Below, piece after piece: positions 1-9,845 of a stretch of 64,000 nt of DNA (positions are counted from its first letter, which is position 1; each line of letters opens with the position of its first letter). A program made the translations under genes and the position numbers. The notes beneath the pieces are model-generated. The model did not search any database. It was not told the origin of the DNA and was given only the letters and a program-made list of their open reading frames with translations. The DNA comes from an uncultured Panacagrimonas sp. (GTDB taxonomy: Bacteria; Pseudomonadota; Gammaproteobacteria; Nevskiales; Nevskiaceae), in the NCBI GenBank assembly GCA_963975245.1, contig CAXBFJ010000009.1, positions 24,048 to 88,047 of the forward strand. Direction: 5' to 3'.

Positions 1-421
1 GTTCGGGCGGGATTCCGAACTTGATGCGCTGGAGCAGGAAGCCGTTGCAAAGGCACTTCGCTCGGTCCCGCGAACGCTCGCCAGTGCCGCTAACGATCCT
101 ACCTGCGCATACGTGTGCCCTGAGGCGAGGCGACTCGATGCCATTTATGAATTCGCGTCAGCGGCCGTGACGGGCGATGGCACCGTGACACGCAATGAGT
201 GGGCTCGGGCCACAGCGGCTGGTTTGCGGCAGGGCCAGCTCAGCGAGGTGCTTGCGGTGTATGGCCTGCTGAAAGAGATCGAGGAATTTCCGACGCCATC
301 TATCAGCGAAGACGTTCGATTGCAGCGCCTGGAGACGACACAGCCGGCGGCCAATCGACTGTCGGGCGGTATCGGGCGTGCCTTCCGGAACAGAATGCGG
401 GCCATATTTCGGGCCGCATGA
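1..421 (+). CDS. 5'-truncated protein, possibly AhpD/carboxymuconolactone decarboxylase-like fold
   Basis: Frame 2 is open from the window edge to TGA at 421. Segment RLDAIYEFASAAVTGDGTVTRNEWARATAAGL..GQLSEVLAV resembles the C-terminal helices of AhpD-like proteins. Confidence 0.35.
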   Translation, partial: FGRDSELDALEQEAVAKALRSVPRTLASAANDPTCAYVCPEARRLDAIYEFASAAVTGDGTVTRNEWARATAAGLRQGQLSEVLAVYGLLKEIEEFPTPSISEDVRLQRLETTQPAANRLSGGIGRAFRNRMRAIFRAA

Positions 422-455
422 AAAGTGGATCAGGCCAAAGTGGGGCCCTTCTCGC

Positions 456-1064
456 CTAGCCCGCCTGCCGGGCGCGTGTCAGGTAATCCTGATGCAAGCT
501 TGCGACATTCTGCGCTGCCTCTTCGCGGCTGGCAGTATTGAGCAACACATCATCTGCCCGCTTGAGACGCTCTGAACGCGCACTTTGGGCGGCGAGCATT
601 TTTTCGACCAGGTCGGCATCGATATTGTCGCGTTGCATCAGCCGGGCGCGCTGGACGTCTTCGGGAACGTCGACCAGCAAAACGCGGTCAACCAGCTTGT
701 CCATGCCGGATTCGAACAGGATGGCGTTTTCGAGCACGCAGTAAGGGTCGGCTTGTGCCTCCATCCAGTCAAGGATGCGTTGGCGGATTCGCGGATGCGT
801 AATCTTCTCAAGTTTGCGCCGCGCGTTAGCGTCGGAGAAGACCACTTTTCGCAGGTGCATGCGATTGAGTTGGCCGTCTTCAAGCAGACTCTCTTTGCCA
901 AACTCCTCGGCAATCTCAGCAAGGGCAGGTTCTCCGCGCGCGACCACATCGCGCGACACCTGATCGACATCGAGTACCGGGACCCCGAGCGCGCGGAACG
1001 CCGCACTGATCGTGGATTTTCCGCTGGCCACTCCGCCTGTGAGCCCTAGCTTGAAACAGCCCAT
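456..1064 (-). CDS. coaE: dephospho-CoA kinase
   Basis: LGLTGGVASGKST P-loop, THPRIR, LFESG motifs; directly downstream of pilD. Start trimmed to ATG 1064. Confidence 0.95.
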   Translation of the reverse strand: MGCFKLGLTGGVASGKSTISAAFRALGVPVLDVDQVSRDVVARGEPALAEIAEEFGKESLLEDGQLNRMHLRKVVFSDANARRKLEKITHPRIRQRILDWMEAQADPYCVLENAILFESGMDKLVDRVLLVDVPEDVQRARLMQRDNIDADLVEKMLAAQSARSERLKRADDVLLNTASREEAAQNVASLHQDYLTRARQAG

Positions 1065-1087
1065 CAGTTCAGTCTGCTCCCAGGCAT

Positions 1088-1945
1088 CTAGAACGCGCCG
1101 AGATAGGTGCTGTTGATCTGTTCGCCCCAGATCAGCGCAATCCAGCCCGCACCGGCGAGGTAAGGGCCAAACGGAATGCGCGAAGACCATTCCGCCTTTC
1201 GTGCAGCCATCAGGGATACGCCCACCGCCGCGCCGACGACCGCCGAGAGCAGGATGATCTGCGGGAGAATCTGCCAGCCCAGCCAGGCCCCCAGCGCCGC
1301 GAGCAGCTTGAAGTCGCCGTAACCCATGCCTTCTTTGCCGGTGGCGAGTTTGAACAACCAGTAGATGCTCCAGAGGATCAGATAGCCTGCCGCAGCACCG
1401 ACGATGGCTGCCGCGGGCTCGGCAAACACGCCCTTGAGGCTGAACAGCAGGCCCAGCCATACCAAGGGCAGAGTAATGTTGTCAGGCAGGTACATCGTGC
1501 GCAGGTCTGTGACCGTGAGCGCGATGAGCGCCCAGGTCAGCGTCAGCGCCGCGACAAGTTCCAGCGAAAAGCCGAATCGCCATACGCAGACCACCGAGAA
1601 CACGGCCGTCAGCAATTCCACAATCGGGTACTGCACGGATATAGGCGCTGAACATGCTGCGCATTTTCCGCGCAGCATCAGCCAGCCAATAACCGGCAGG
1701 TTGTGCCAGGGTTTGATCGCGGTGTCGCAGGCCGCGCAGGTTGATGCGGGCTTGGACAGGCTCACGCGAGGGCTGCCGTCGTCTTTGGGAACCCCAAACT
1801 GCTCGCGGCAAGCCTCGGCAAAATCCTGCTCGATCATCTTGGGTAGACGAAACGCCACTACATTCAGAAAGCTGCCCACGCAGAGGCCGAGCAACGCAAC
1901 AACCACACAGAGCGTCGTCGGGCTGGTTTGTAGGAGTTCAATCAT
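1088..1945 (-). CDS. pilD: prepilin peptidase / N-methyltransferase
   Basis: GSFLNVVAFRLP, two CxxC pairs (CAAC..CAAC), EGMGYGDFKL, IPFGPYLA. Start trimmed to MIELLQ at 1945. Confidence 0.95.
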   Translation of the reverse strand: MIELLQTSPTTLCVVVALLGLCVGSFLNVVAFRLPKMIEQDFAEACREQFGVPKDDGSPRVSLSKPASTCAACDTAIKPWHNLPVIGWLMLRGKCAACSAPISVQYPIVELLTAVFSVVCVWRFGFSLELVAALTLTWALIALTVTDLRTMYLPDNITLPLVWLGLLFSLKGVFAEPAAAIVGAAAGYLILWSIYWLFKLATGKEGMGYGDFKLLAALGAWLGWQILPQIILLSAVVGAAVGVSLMAARKAEWSSRIPFGPYLAGAGWIALIWGEQINSTYLGAF

Positions 1946-2078
1946 GTGGTCTTCATCAGTTTGCGAATTTGATCCGAAGGCGCAGGTCGCCATCCGGGCG
2001 CAGCGGCGCCGCTTCCGCGTCTGCGAACAGACGCAGCGTATGACACGGAGTGTGGCAAAGCGCCGCGTCGGGGATGGA

Positions 2079-3296
2079 TCAGATGGCCTGGCCGAGTTTG
2101 AAGATCGGAAGGTACATGCCCACCACAAGGCCACCCACCAGCACGCCAAGCACCGCCATGATCATGGGTTCGAGCAGGCTGGTCAGTGAGTCCACAAGGT
2201 TGTCGACTTCTTCTTCATAGAACTCGGCGACCTTGGCGCACATCTGATCCAGAGAGCCAGACTCTTCGCCGATCGCCACCATCTGCACGGCCATGGACGG
2301 GAAAATGCCGCTCTGCTGCATGGCGAGCTGAAGCTGCTGGCCAGAAGAAACCTGATCCTTCATGACGAAGATGGCGTCTTCAAAAACAATATTGCCCGCT
2401 GCCTTGGCGACCGAATCCAGCGCTTCCACCAGCGGCACACCGGCCGCGAACATGGTCGACAGGGTGCGTGCATAGCGGGCAACAGAAGATTTGTAGAGGA
2501 TGTCGCCCACCACCGGAATCTTGAGGCTGATGCGGTCGAGTGCACGGCGCATCTTGAGTGAGCGCTTCTTGAAGTAGAAGAAAATAAAGAAGCTGCCACC
2601 GATGCCGCCGATCATGGCCCACCAGTAATTGCGGACAAAATCGGACAGGGCCACGATCATTTTGGTGAATGCGGGCAAGTCAGCGCCAAAACCCTCAAAC
2701 AGGGACTGGAACTGCGGCACCACGAAGTACAGCATGATGCCGGTGACGATGAAGGCCACGACCATGACCGCAGAAGGGTAGACCAAGGCCTTCTTGACCT
2801 TCTTCTTGATTTTCTCGGTCTTTTCCTTGTACGTAGCGATCTTGTCCAGCAAGGTTTCCAGCGTACCGGAGCGTTCGCCCGCGTCCACCAGGTGCACAAA
2901 CAGATCGTCAAAGTGCAGTGGATACTGCGCCAGTGACTCGGCCAGGCTGCGACCTGACTCGATGTTGGTCTTGATGCCGAGAATCAGCTCGCCCATGGAC
3001 GGGTTCTCGTGCCCGCGCCCCACAATCTCCAGTGCCTGCACCAACGGCACGCCGGCTGACATCATGGTGGCCAGCTGGCGACTGAAGATGGCGATGTCGC
3101 CACTGGTGATCTTGCGCTTGGTCTTGAACAGTTCGATGTTCTTGCGAACCCGGATCGGGTTGACGCCCTGGCGTCGCAACTGCATGCGCACCGAGTTCTC
3201 GTTGGGGCCCTGAGACACACCCTTGACCCGAGTGCCCTTTCGGTCGGTCCCTTCCCACTGGAAGCTGTATTCCTTGACTGCTGCTGCCTGCGCCAT
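2079..3296 (-). CDS. pilC: type IV pilus inner-membrane platform protein (T2SS F family)
   Basis: FSRQLATMMSAGVPL, GERSGTLE, IGEESGSLD, LLEP motifs; pilB-pilC-pilD order. Confidence 0.95.
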   Translation of the reverse strand: MAQAAAVKEYSFQWEGTDRKGTRVKGVSQGPNENSVRMQLRRQGVNPIRVRKNIELFKTKRKITSGDIAIFSRQLATMMSAGVPLVQALEIVGRGHENPSMGELILGIKTNIESGRSLAESLAQYPLHFDDLFVHLVDAGERSGTLETLLDKIATYKEKTEKIKKKVKKALVYPSAVMVVAFIVTGIMLYFVVPQFQSLFEGFGADLPAFTKMIVALSDFVRNYWWAMIGGIGGSFFIFFYFKKRSLKMRRALDRISLKIPVVGDILYKSSVARYARTLSTMFAAGVPLVEALDSVAKAAGNIVFEDAIFVMKDQVSSGQQLQLAMQQSGIFPSMAVQMVAIGEESGSLDQMCAKVAEFYEEEVDNLVDSLTSLLEPMIMAVLGVLVGGLVVGMYLPIFKLGQAI

Positions 3297-3358
3297 CTTC
3301 TGTTCCCTCAGATCCCTCGCAATTCGCCGCTGATTTTTCTAGAACGCCTGGATTTATT

Positions 3359-5107
3359 CTAGTCGGCCATCGTGACGCGGTTGGCTTCTAGCAGATCAAT
3401 GGCGCCATTTCGCACCTTGACCAACGCGGAAGTACGCAAATCCTTGACGCCTTCCTTGGTCGCCTGGTCCGCCAGATCAATGGCGCTTCCTCCTTCCATG
3501 ATGATTCGTCCCATGGTCTCGGAAAAAGGCATGACTTCATAGATGCCGGTTCGACCCTTGTAGCCGCGATCGCACTGATCGCAGCCCACGGCCTTGTAGA
3601 TCTTGAAGTCAGGAGCGTCGATCTCGGCCTCGCTGAAACCTTCCGTGATCAGTTCGGGCCGTGGGATGTCCACCGGCTGCTTGCAGCTCTGGCACAACTT
3701 GCGGGCCAGACGCTGGGCGATGATCAGGGTCAGTGTGGATGCCAGGTTGTAGGCCGGAACGCCCATGTTGATGAGGCGGACAATGGTCTGTGGCGCATCA
3801 TTGGTGTGTAGCGTCGACAGCACCAAATGTCCTGTCTGTGCGGCCTTGATTGCGATCTCGGCGGTTTCAAGATCACGAATCTCACCGACCATAATCACGT
3901 CGGGATCTTGTCGAAGAAAGGCTTTCAATGCAGCGGCAAAGGTGAGCCCCACACGAGGATTGACGTTAACCTGATTGATGCCGGCGAGATTGATTTCGGC
4001 CGGATCTTCGGCGGTTGAGATGTTCACATCCTCGGTATTGAGAATGTTCAGACCGGTATAAAGAGAAACTGTTTTGCCCGAGCCGGTAGGGCCGGTGACC
4101 AGGATCATGCCCTGCGGCTTCTCAAGCGCCTTGAGATAGGCTTGCTTCTGTTCCGGCTCATAGCCCAAGGCATCGATGCCCATCTTGGCGCTGGATGCGT
4201 CGAGAATACGGCAAACGATCTTTTCGCCCCACAAGGTCGGGCAGGTGCTGACACGAAAGTCGATGGACTTGGTTCGGGACACCTGCAACTTGATGCGACC
4301 ATCCTGTGGCACGCGGCGTTCCGCCAGGTCCAGACGGCTCATGACCTTCACGCGTGCGGCGATACGCACTGCAAGCTGCTGCGGCGGACTGGCCACCACC
4401 TTGAGTTCGCCGTCCTTGCGATAACGGATGCGATAGATCTTCTCGTAAGGCTCGAAGTGAACGTCCGAAGCCCCCTGATTGATCGCATCCACCATCAGTT
4501 TATTGACGAACTTGACGATCGGCGCGTCATCCGCGTCCGAGCGCGAGACTTCCTGGCCGGCGTCATCGTCGGTATCGATGACTTCAAGGTTGGCCAGCTC
4601 TTCTTCGCTGCCCAGATTGAGGCTGTCGCTTTCCATGGTCGAGGCGGCCGTCTCGATCGCCTTGGCCAGCTTGTCCTCTTCAACCAGGATCGCCTCGGTA
4701 TTGAGTCCGGTTGCAAACTTGATCTCGTCTAGCGCTTGCAGGTTGGTCGGATCGGAAACGCCGAGGAACAATTTTCGGCCGCGTTTGTAGAGAGGTAGCG
4801 CGTGGCACTTTCTAAGCAGCTTTTCACTGACGGAATTGATGACTTCGCCGTCCAGTGAAAAGGCCGACAGATCCATCAGGGGAACGCCGAACTCCTGGCT
4901 TGCGGCTTCGGCCAGTTTCAATGCCGGAATGGTCTTGCCTTCTACCAGAACCGTAACGATCGGCGTGCCGGTGCGCAGGGACTTGGTCTGCAAGTCTCGC
5001 GCCTGGTCTTCGGTGATCAGTTTGTCAGCTACCAGGCGACGTGTCAGGCCGCCCAAGAATACGCCCTTGGGCTCAATTGCCGCTTCTTTTTGTGGGTTGA
5101 TCGCCAT
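3359..5107 (-). CDS. pilB: type IV pilus assembly ATPase
   Basis: GPTGSGKT Walker A, LRQDPDVIMVGEIRD, TGHLVLSTLHTN, tetracysteine zinc motif. Confidence 0.96.
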   Translation of the reverse strand: MAINPQKEAAIEPKGVFLGGLTRRLVADKLITEDQARDLQTKSLRTGTPIVTVLVEGKTIPALKLAEAASQEFGVPLMDLSAFSLDGEVINSVSEKLLRKCHALPLYKRGRKLFLGVSDPTNLQALDEIKFATGLNTEAILVEEDKLAKAIETAASTMESDSLNLGSEEELANLEVIDTDDDAGQEVSRSDADDAPIVKFVNKLMVDAINQGASDVHFEPYEKIYRIRYRKDGELKVVASPPQQLAVRIAARVKVMSRLDLAERRVPQDGRIKLQVSRTKSIDFRVSTCPTLWGEKIVCRILDASSAKMGIDALGYEPEQKQAYLKALEKPQGMILVTGPTGSGKTVSLYTGLNILNTEDVNISTAEDPAEINLAGINQVNVNPRVGLTFAAALKAFLRQDPDVIMVGEIRDLETAEIAIKAAQTGHLVLSTLHTNDAPQTIVRLINMGVPAYNLASTLTLIIAQRLARKLCQSCKQPVDIPRPELITEGFSEAEIDAPDFKIYKAVGCDQCDRGYKGRTGIYEVMPFSETMGRIIMEGGSAIDLADQATKEGVKDLRTSALVKVRNGAIDLLEANRVTMAD

Positions 5108-5184
5108 TAAAAAAATTCGTGAGTCCCGCTAGCCGAACCTTCAGGGTACGCAGTTTGTGGTCTTGAATGAAATGCCTGGAGCGT

Positions 5185-5625
5185 TCAGGGGCTTACCGGA
5201 GTCACCAGCCAAGGACCGTTCCCTGTAATTTGTACCACCGAATCCTCTGCAAAGCTCAAGAAATGTGGAATACCGGGGGGGGTCAAATAGTAATCCCCAG
5301 TTCTGAAAACCCGCAGCTTGGTCTGGTCGTAATAGTCGCCAAAGCCCACGCCGACGGCGCCGCTGATGATGGTGACGCGCTCCGGTTTGGGGTGGGTGTG
5401 AGCCGCCACACGCGCGCCTGCAGGCGCACGCACCCGCAGGGTGAAAATGCCAGATTTGCCGGGGTTTCCCTCCAGCACTGCCACTTTCGAGCCTTTGGGC
5501 AGGCTCGGGGGCCCCTCTTTCCAGGGGATCTGGTCTGCGCTGATTTGTATTGCACCTGCTGGCAAATCGCTCGCGCGCAGTGCGGCGCAGAGCAGCAGGC
5601 CCAAAATTAGAACGGCGATGCGCAT
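5185..5625 (-). CDS. exported cupin-domain protein
   Basis: Signal-like MRIAVLILGLLLCAALRA; cupin motifs AHTHPKPERVTIISG and PPGIPHF. Confidence 0.75.
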   Translation of the reverse strand: MRIAVLILGLLLCAALRASDLPAGAIQISADQIPWKEGPPSLPKGSKVAVLEGNPGKSGIFTLRVRAPAGARVAAHTHPKPERVTIISGAVGVGFGDYYDQTKLRVFRTGDYYLTPPGIPHFLSFAEDSVVQITGNGPWLVTPVSP

Positions 5626-5771
5626 CGTGGTCCTCCTGTTTGACTGGCCAGAGAAAAGGTCGCGGGTCCGGCATGCGGCAACGCGCGCAGGGCGACCGAT
5701 ACCCTTCAACAGCACTATAGTAATAGGACTACGACGATCCCCGCCCGAAACACGGATTCCAGATTCCTCGC

Positions 5772-6731
5772 ATGAGTTACTCGCGCATTGTTGGTACCGG
5801 CAGCTACCTGCCGAAGAAAGTTGTCACGAACCAGGATCTGGAGAGTCGTATCGACACTTCAGACGAATGGGTTTTTCAGCGCACCGGCATTCGCAGCCGT
5901 CGCGTCGCGGCCGAAGGCGAGCAGACCTCCGATCTGGCCGTGCAGGCGTCCAGAATGGCGATGGAAATGGCTGGGGTCACCGAGGCCGATATCGATCTCA
6001 TCGTGGTGGCCACCACCACGCCGGACATCGTGTTTCCGTCCACCGCCTGCATTCTTCAGCGCAAGCTCGGGATCAAGCAGGGCGCGGCCTTCGACGTGCA
6101 GGCGGTCTGCACCGGTTTTGTCTATGCACTCGCGGTGGCAGACAAGTTCGTGGCCTCGGGTCAGAACAAATGCGCGCTGGTCGTGGGCGCCGAAGTCTTC
6201 TCGCGTCTGCTCGACTGGACCGACCGGCGCACCTGCGTCCTGTTTGGTGATGGCGCGGGCGCGGTCATTCTCAAGCCATCGGAAAAGCCCGGAATCTTGT
6301 CCACGCATCTTCATTCGGAAGGCTCGCAGGGCGACATTCTCTGTGTGCCGGGGACGGTCCACGGCGGCGAGCAGCAAGGCCACCCGTTTGTGAAGATGGA
6401 TGGTCAGGCTGTGTTTCGCTTCGCGGTTCGGGTGCTTGATCAGGTTTGCCGCGAAACGGTCGAGCACAATGGCATCACAGGCGCGGACATCGACTGGCTG
6501 GTTCCGCATCAGGCCAATATCCGCATCATCATGGCCACCGCGCAGAAACTGGGCATGCCGCCGGAGCGGGTGGTGACCACGCTCGAACACCAGGGCAATA
6601 CCTCGGCGGCCTCGGTGCCGCTGGCGCTGGACCTGGCCGTACGTGATGGCCGGATCAAACCGGATCAGCTGATCATGCTGGAAGCCGTAGGCGGCGGCAT
6701 GACCTGGGGATCGGCGCTTCTACGCTGGTAG
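5772..6731 (+). CDS. fabH: 3-oxoacyl-ACP synthase III
   Basis: DVQAVCTGF (catalytic Cys), [22 protein letters not shown]. Confidence 0.95.
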   Translation: MSYSRIVGTGSYLPKKVVTNQDLESRIDTSDEWVFQRTGIRSRRVAAEGEQTSDLAVQASRMAMEMAGVTEADIDLIVVATTTPDIVFPSTACILQRKLGIKQGAAFDVQAVCTGFVYALAVADKFVASGQNKCALVVGAEVFSRLLDWTDRRTCVLFGDGAGAVILKPSEKPGILSTHLHSEGSQGDILCVPGTVHGGEQQGHPFVKMDGQAVFRFAVRVLDQVCRETVEHNGITGADIDWLVPHQANIRIIMATAQKLGMPPERVVTTLEHQGNTSAASVPLALDLAVRDGRIKPDQLIMLEAVGGGMTWGSALLRW

Positions 6732-6755
6732 TGCGCGTCGTTTGACCGGACTCTG

Positions 6756-7313
6756 CTACTCAGGGACGCCCGTGCCTTCCAGCAGTTCCAGCGCCAGTTC
6801 CTTGATGTCGTCGGCAAAGTTGTCGGCATATCCGAGCCATATCATGTGCACCTTTCCTTCAGGGGTTAGCAGAAAGGTCGCGGGTAGTTTCCAGGGACCA
6901 TAGCGTTGCATGGCGATGCCAATCGGGTCGCCGATGATCGGGTACGAGACCGGGTTGACCTCCAGAAACTTGCGCGCCTTCGGAATGTCGCGATCCACAT
7001 TGACTCCGATGATCTCGAAGCGGTCGCCCCAGCCCAAATCTGCGATCTCGCTGCGGATGCGATCGTACTCCGGCATGGATTGGAGGCAGGGAGCGCACCA
7101 AGTCGCCCAGAAATCCACCGCAACCACTTTGCCGCGATAGTCAGACAGTTTGGTGCCTTTTTTCCCACTGAGAATCAGGCCTGCAATCTCCGGCGCTTCG
7201 GAGCCAAAGGGAATCAGTTCAGAGCGCTGCTGGGCTTGCGCCGTGGCAGCAAAGAACATCAGCAGCAAACCGTAAATTCCACTCTTGAGTTTGGGCATAA
7301 GTCGCATCGGCAC
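6756..7313 (-). CDS. TlpA/ResA-family thiol-disulfide reductase
   Basis: VDFWATWCAPC thioredoxin motif, LPATFLL, N-terminal signal/anchor. Confidence 0.9.
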   Translation of the reverse strand: MPMRLMPKLKSGIYGLLLMFFAATAQAQQRSELIPFGSEAPEIAGLILSGKKGTKLSDYRGKVVAVDFWATWCAPCLQSMPEYDRIRSEIADLGWGDRFEIIGVNVDRDIPKARKFLEVNPVSYPIIGDPIGIAMQRYGPWKLPATFLLTPEGKVHMIWLGYADNFADDIKELALELLEGTGVPE

Positions 7314-7482
7314 AACGGGCGCGGCAAAATGGAGTCACACCCTAGCCTTTCTCTCCCGATTCGGGAATTGCGAGTGCGCATATCTCAAGCTGCTTCTCTC
7401 AAGTGATGCCCATCATCTTCCCGGCCAACGCGAGCTGCCGGCAAACTGATGGCGCGCAAACACCTCTTTCAGCCACGACCCG

Positions 7483-8142
7483 ATGAGCACCCTGATCCTT
7501 CTGCGCCACGCACAGGCCTCGTTCGGTGCGGACAAGTACGATGCCCTGTCGGATCGCGGGCACATGCAGGCCAAGATTCTGGGCCAGTTCTGGGCTGAGC
7601 GCGCACCCCGGTTCGATCAGATTTTAGTGGGGCCGCGGGACAGGCATCGTCTGACGGCGAAACTCGCTCTGAGCCCCATCGGCCTGAATTGGCAGGTGGA
7701 GGCAACGCCGGAGCTCGACGAGTTTGCCGAGGGCCAGCAGATTCTGGCTTCGGTCAAGCAGCGCCAACGTCACACGTTGGACGGCAAGGAAGCCGCGCGC
7801 CAGTACGCGCGCGAGATCGACGACTGGTCCGCGGGCCGCGTCGAGCTTTCCGGGATACGCTCTGCGGCAAGTTTCCGCGCCGATGTCGGGCGCTGGCTGC
7901 ACGACGCAACAACGCAGTCCAAGAAATCAGGTCAGTCCTTGCTGGCCGTGACTTCCGGCGGTGTTATTGCAGCCGTCATGTGCATCGTGCTGGATCTGCC
8001 GGACGCGAAATTGTCCGCTTTCATGAATGCCATTCACAACGCGTCCCTGACTCAGCTGGCGTTTTCGGCCGGCCGCAGCCCCTCGCTGCAGTCATTCAAT
8101 GTCGCAGGACACTTGCCGGACGACATGCTGACGCGCTTGTAG
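7483..8142 (+). CDS. histidine phosphatase family protein
   Basis: LILLRHAQASFG (RHG-like) at the N-terminus; VTSGG and NASLT motifs. Confidence 0.85.
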   Translation: MSTLILLRHAQASFGADKYDALSDRGHMQAKILGQFWAERAPRFDQILVGPRDRHRLTAKLALSPIGLNWQVEATPELDEFAEGQQILASVKQRQRHTLDGKEAARQYAREIDDWSAGRVELSGIRSAASFRADVGRWLHDATTQSKKSGQSLLAVTSGGVIAAVMCIVLDLPDAKLSAFMNAIHNASLTQLAFSAGRSPSLQSFNVAGHLPDDMLTRL

Positions 8143-8155
8143 TTTCGCGCTGAGT

Positions 8156-9061
8156 TCAGGCGCGCGCGGCGTTGGCGCTAATCAGTTCGGCCCAGCGCGG
8201 CATCAGACCCGGCGCAAAGTCATGGCCCATTCCGGGAATCAGCTCGAGCTTTGCATTGCGGATAAGTTGTGCGCTGCGTCGGCCACATTCGGGTCGCAGC
8301 AAGGGGTCAGCCAAACCGTGAACAACCTGGGTCGGTGCCTTGATCTGTGGCAGCAGGTCTTCAAAGCTGCCGGTGCTGATGATGGCGTGGGCCTGGCGCA
8401 TGTGCCCTGCGGGCCGAAAGGCGCGGTCATAAGCACGGCCAACCAGTTGGCGTCGTCGCTCAATAGGCGTTGGATATCCGGGGCTGCCCACACGGCGCAA
8501 CATGCGAGTCGAACATTGAATCACTTCCTCACGTGTTTTCGGGCGCGGTCCGATGCCCGCCATTCGCCAGAGCACATCGAGCCTGGCCGGAGGCAACTTG
8601 TGATGGTTGGTGCTCGACATGATTGAGGTCAGGCTGCGCACGCGCGGTGCATGACGGCCTGCCGCAATCTGGGCAATCATCCCGCCCATGGAAACGCCAA
8701 CAAAATGCGCCTTCTTCAGGCCCAGCGTATCCAGCAGGCCGATGCTGTCATCGGCCATGTCATGCAGCGTGTAGTTGGAGGCAGCGCGCTGCCCAAAACG
8801 CGAACGTAGCCAGTCGCGTGCAATGTTGACGGTGACACCCTTGTCCGCATCTGCAGACAGGCCCGCATCACGGTTGTCGAAGCGGATGACGCGAAAGCCG
8901 CGGTCGACCAGCTCACAAGCCAAGTCGTCTGGCCAGTGAATGAGCTGCCCGCCCAGTCCCATCAACAGCAAAACCGGGTCGCCCCGTTCAGGGCCACACG
9001 CTTCCCAATGCATGTTCAGGCCATTGACGCAGGCACTGTTCGCGGACCAACACATTTCCAT
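8156..9061 (-). CDS. alpha/beta hydrolase (paralog A)
   Basis: RFDNRDAGLS, GVSMGG nucleophile elbow, VVHGLADPL, GMGHD. Confidence 0.9.
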   Translation of the reverse strand: MEMCWSANSACVNGLNMHWEACGPERGDPVLLLMGLGGQLIHWPDDLACELVDRGFRVIRFDNRDAGLSADADKGVTVNIARDWLRSRFGQRAASNYTLHDMADDSIGLLDTLGLKKAHFVGVSMGGMIAQIAAGRHAPRVRSLTSIMSSTNHHKLPPARLDVLWRMAGIGPRPKTREEVIQCSTRMLRRVGSPGYPTPIERRRQLVGRAYDRAFRPAGHMRQAHAIISTGSFEDLLPQIKAPTQVVHGLADPLLRPECGRRSAQLIRNAKLELIPGMGHDFAPGLMPRWAELISANAARA

Positions 9062-9266
9062 GACAGCCTGTTTTCACTCCCATGACGGTTTTGTGAACGG
9101 CTGCGGAAACTATCAATAATTTTTTTTCAGTGTCACCTTGAAATCGGATGAGGCGACGAACGGTCCCCTGGACCCGTTCGAATCTGCATGGCATTCGTGT
9201 CAACCGATTCTCCGGCTGCTCGTTTTCATAGTGTCTGACCGGAACCTCACCAAAGGAATCATTGAA

Positions 9267-9773
9267 ATGAAAACCTCTCCATTGAAAAACCTGCTGAAGA
9301 TCTGCGTGGTCCTGCCGGTCCTCGCATTCACCGCCCCGAGCTTTGCCCAATCTCCTGACTTTTCGCGTCTGGACGCGCATGTCTTGAAAGTCTGCACGGA
9401 CGCTCCCGAACGTTGTGCCAGTGCAACTGAGCGCGCCAACAAGATGAAAGCCAAATGTGCCGAAGACCCTGTTGCCTGCGAAAAGAAGAAAGCCAAATTC
9501 GAAGAGCGCCGCCTGCGGCACGAAAAATTCTGCGAGGAAAACCCCGAGACCTGCGCTGAGCGCAAGGCACGTCACGAAGAGCGGCGCAAGAAATGCGAAG
9601 CTGATCCTGAAGCCTGCAAGGCGGAACGTGAGGCCAAGCGGGAAGAGCGTCGCGCCAAGTGCGAGGCCAATCCGGAAAAGTGCAAGAAGTGGCGCTCAAA
9701 GCATGGCCACCACCGCGACCACGGTCGGGACGATGGTGCAGTCGATGCCCCGGCAGAGGCGACGACCAACTGA
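9267..9773 (+). CDS. secreted hypothetical protein with five CxxxPxxC repeats
   Basis: AAAGGA RBS at ~9252, signal peptide ending PSFA-Q, five C-x3-P-x2-C motifs separated by charged segments, His-rich tail. Confidence 0.8.
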   Translation: MKTSPLKNLLKICVVLPVLAFTAPSFAQSPDFSRLDAHVLKVCTDAPERCASATERANKMKAKCAEDPVACEKKKAKFEERRLRHEKFCEENPETCAERKARHEERRKKCEADPEACKAEREAKREERRAKCEANPEKCKKWRSKHGHHRDHGRDDGAVDAPAEATTN

Positions 9774-9802
9774 TCCGTCTCTCTAGCTGATGCGTTTTTT
9801 AT

Positions 9803-9833
9803 GGGCGAGGGCCTGCAAGGCCTCGCCCGTTTT
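9803..9833 (+). terminator. probable intrinsic terminator
   Basis: GGGCGAGG / CCTCGCCC stem (9803-9810 / 9821-9828) followed by GTTTT, 30 bp after the 9773 stop. Confidence 0.65.
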
Positions 9834-9845
9834 GCTGTCTGGCGA

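Noticed and set aside
1065-1460. Long N-terminal extensions on coaE (likewise pilD, prpR, NYN, P450, prpF, kinase, coaX)
   Set aside because: They overlap neighbouring genes and lack family similarity; downstream starts fit better.
9166-9190. GTTCGAATC resembling a tRNA T-loop
   Set aside because: Flanks (ACCC / TGCA) do not pair into a T-stem, and no acceptor, D or anticodon arms can be built.
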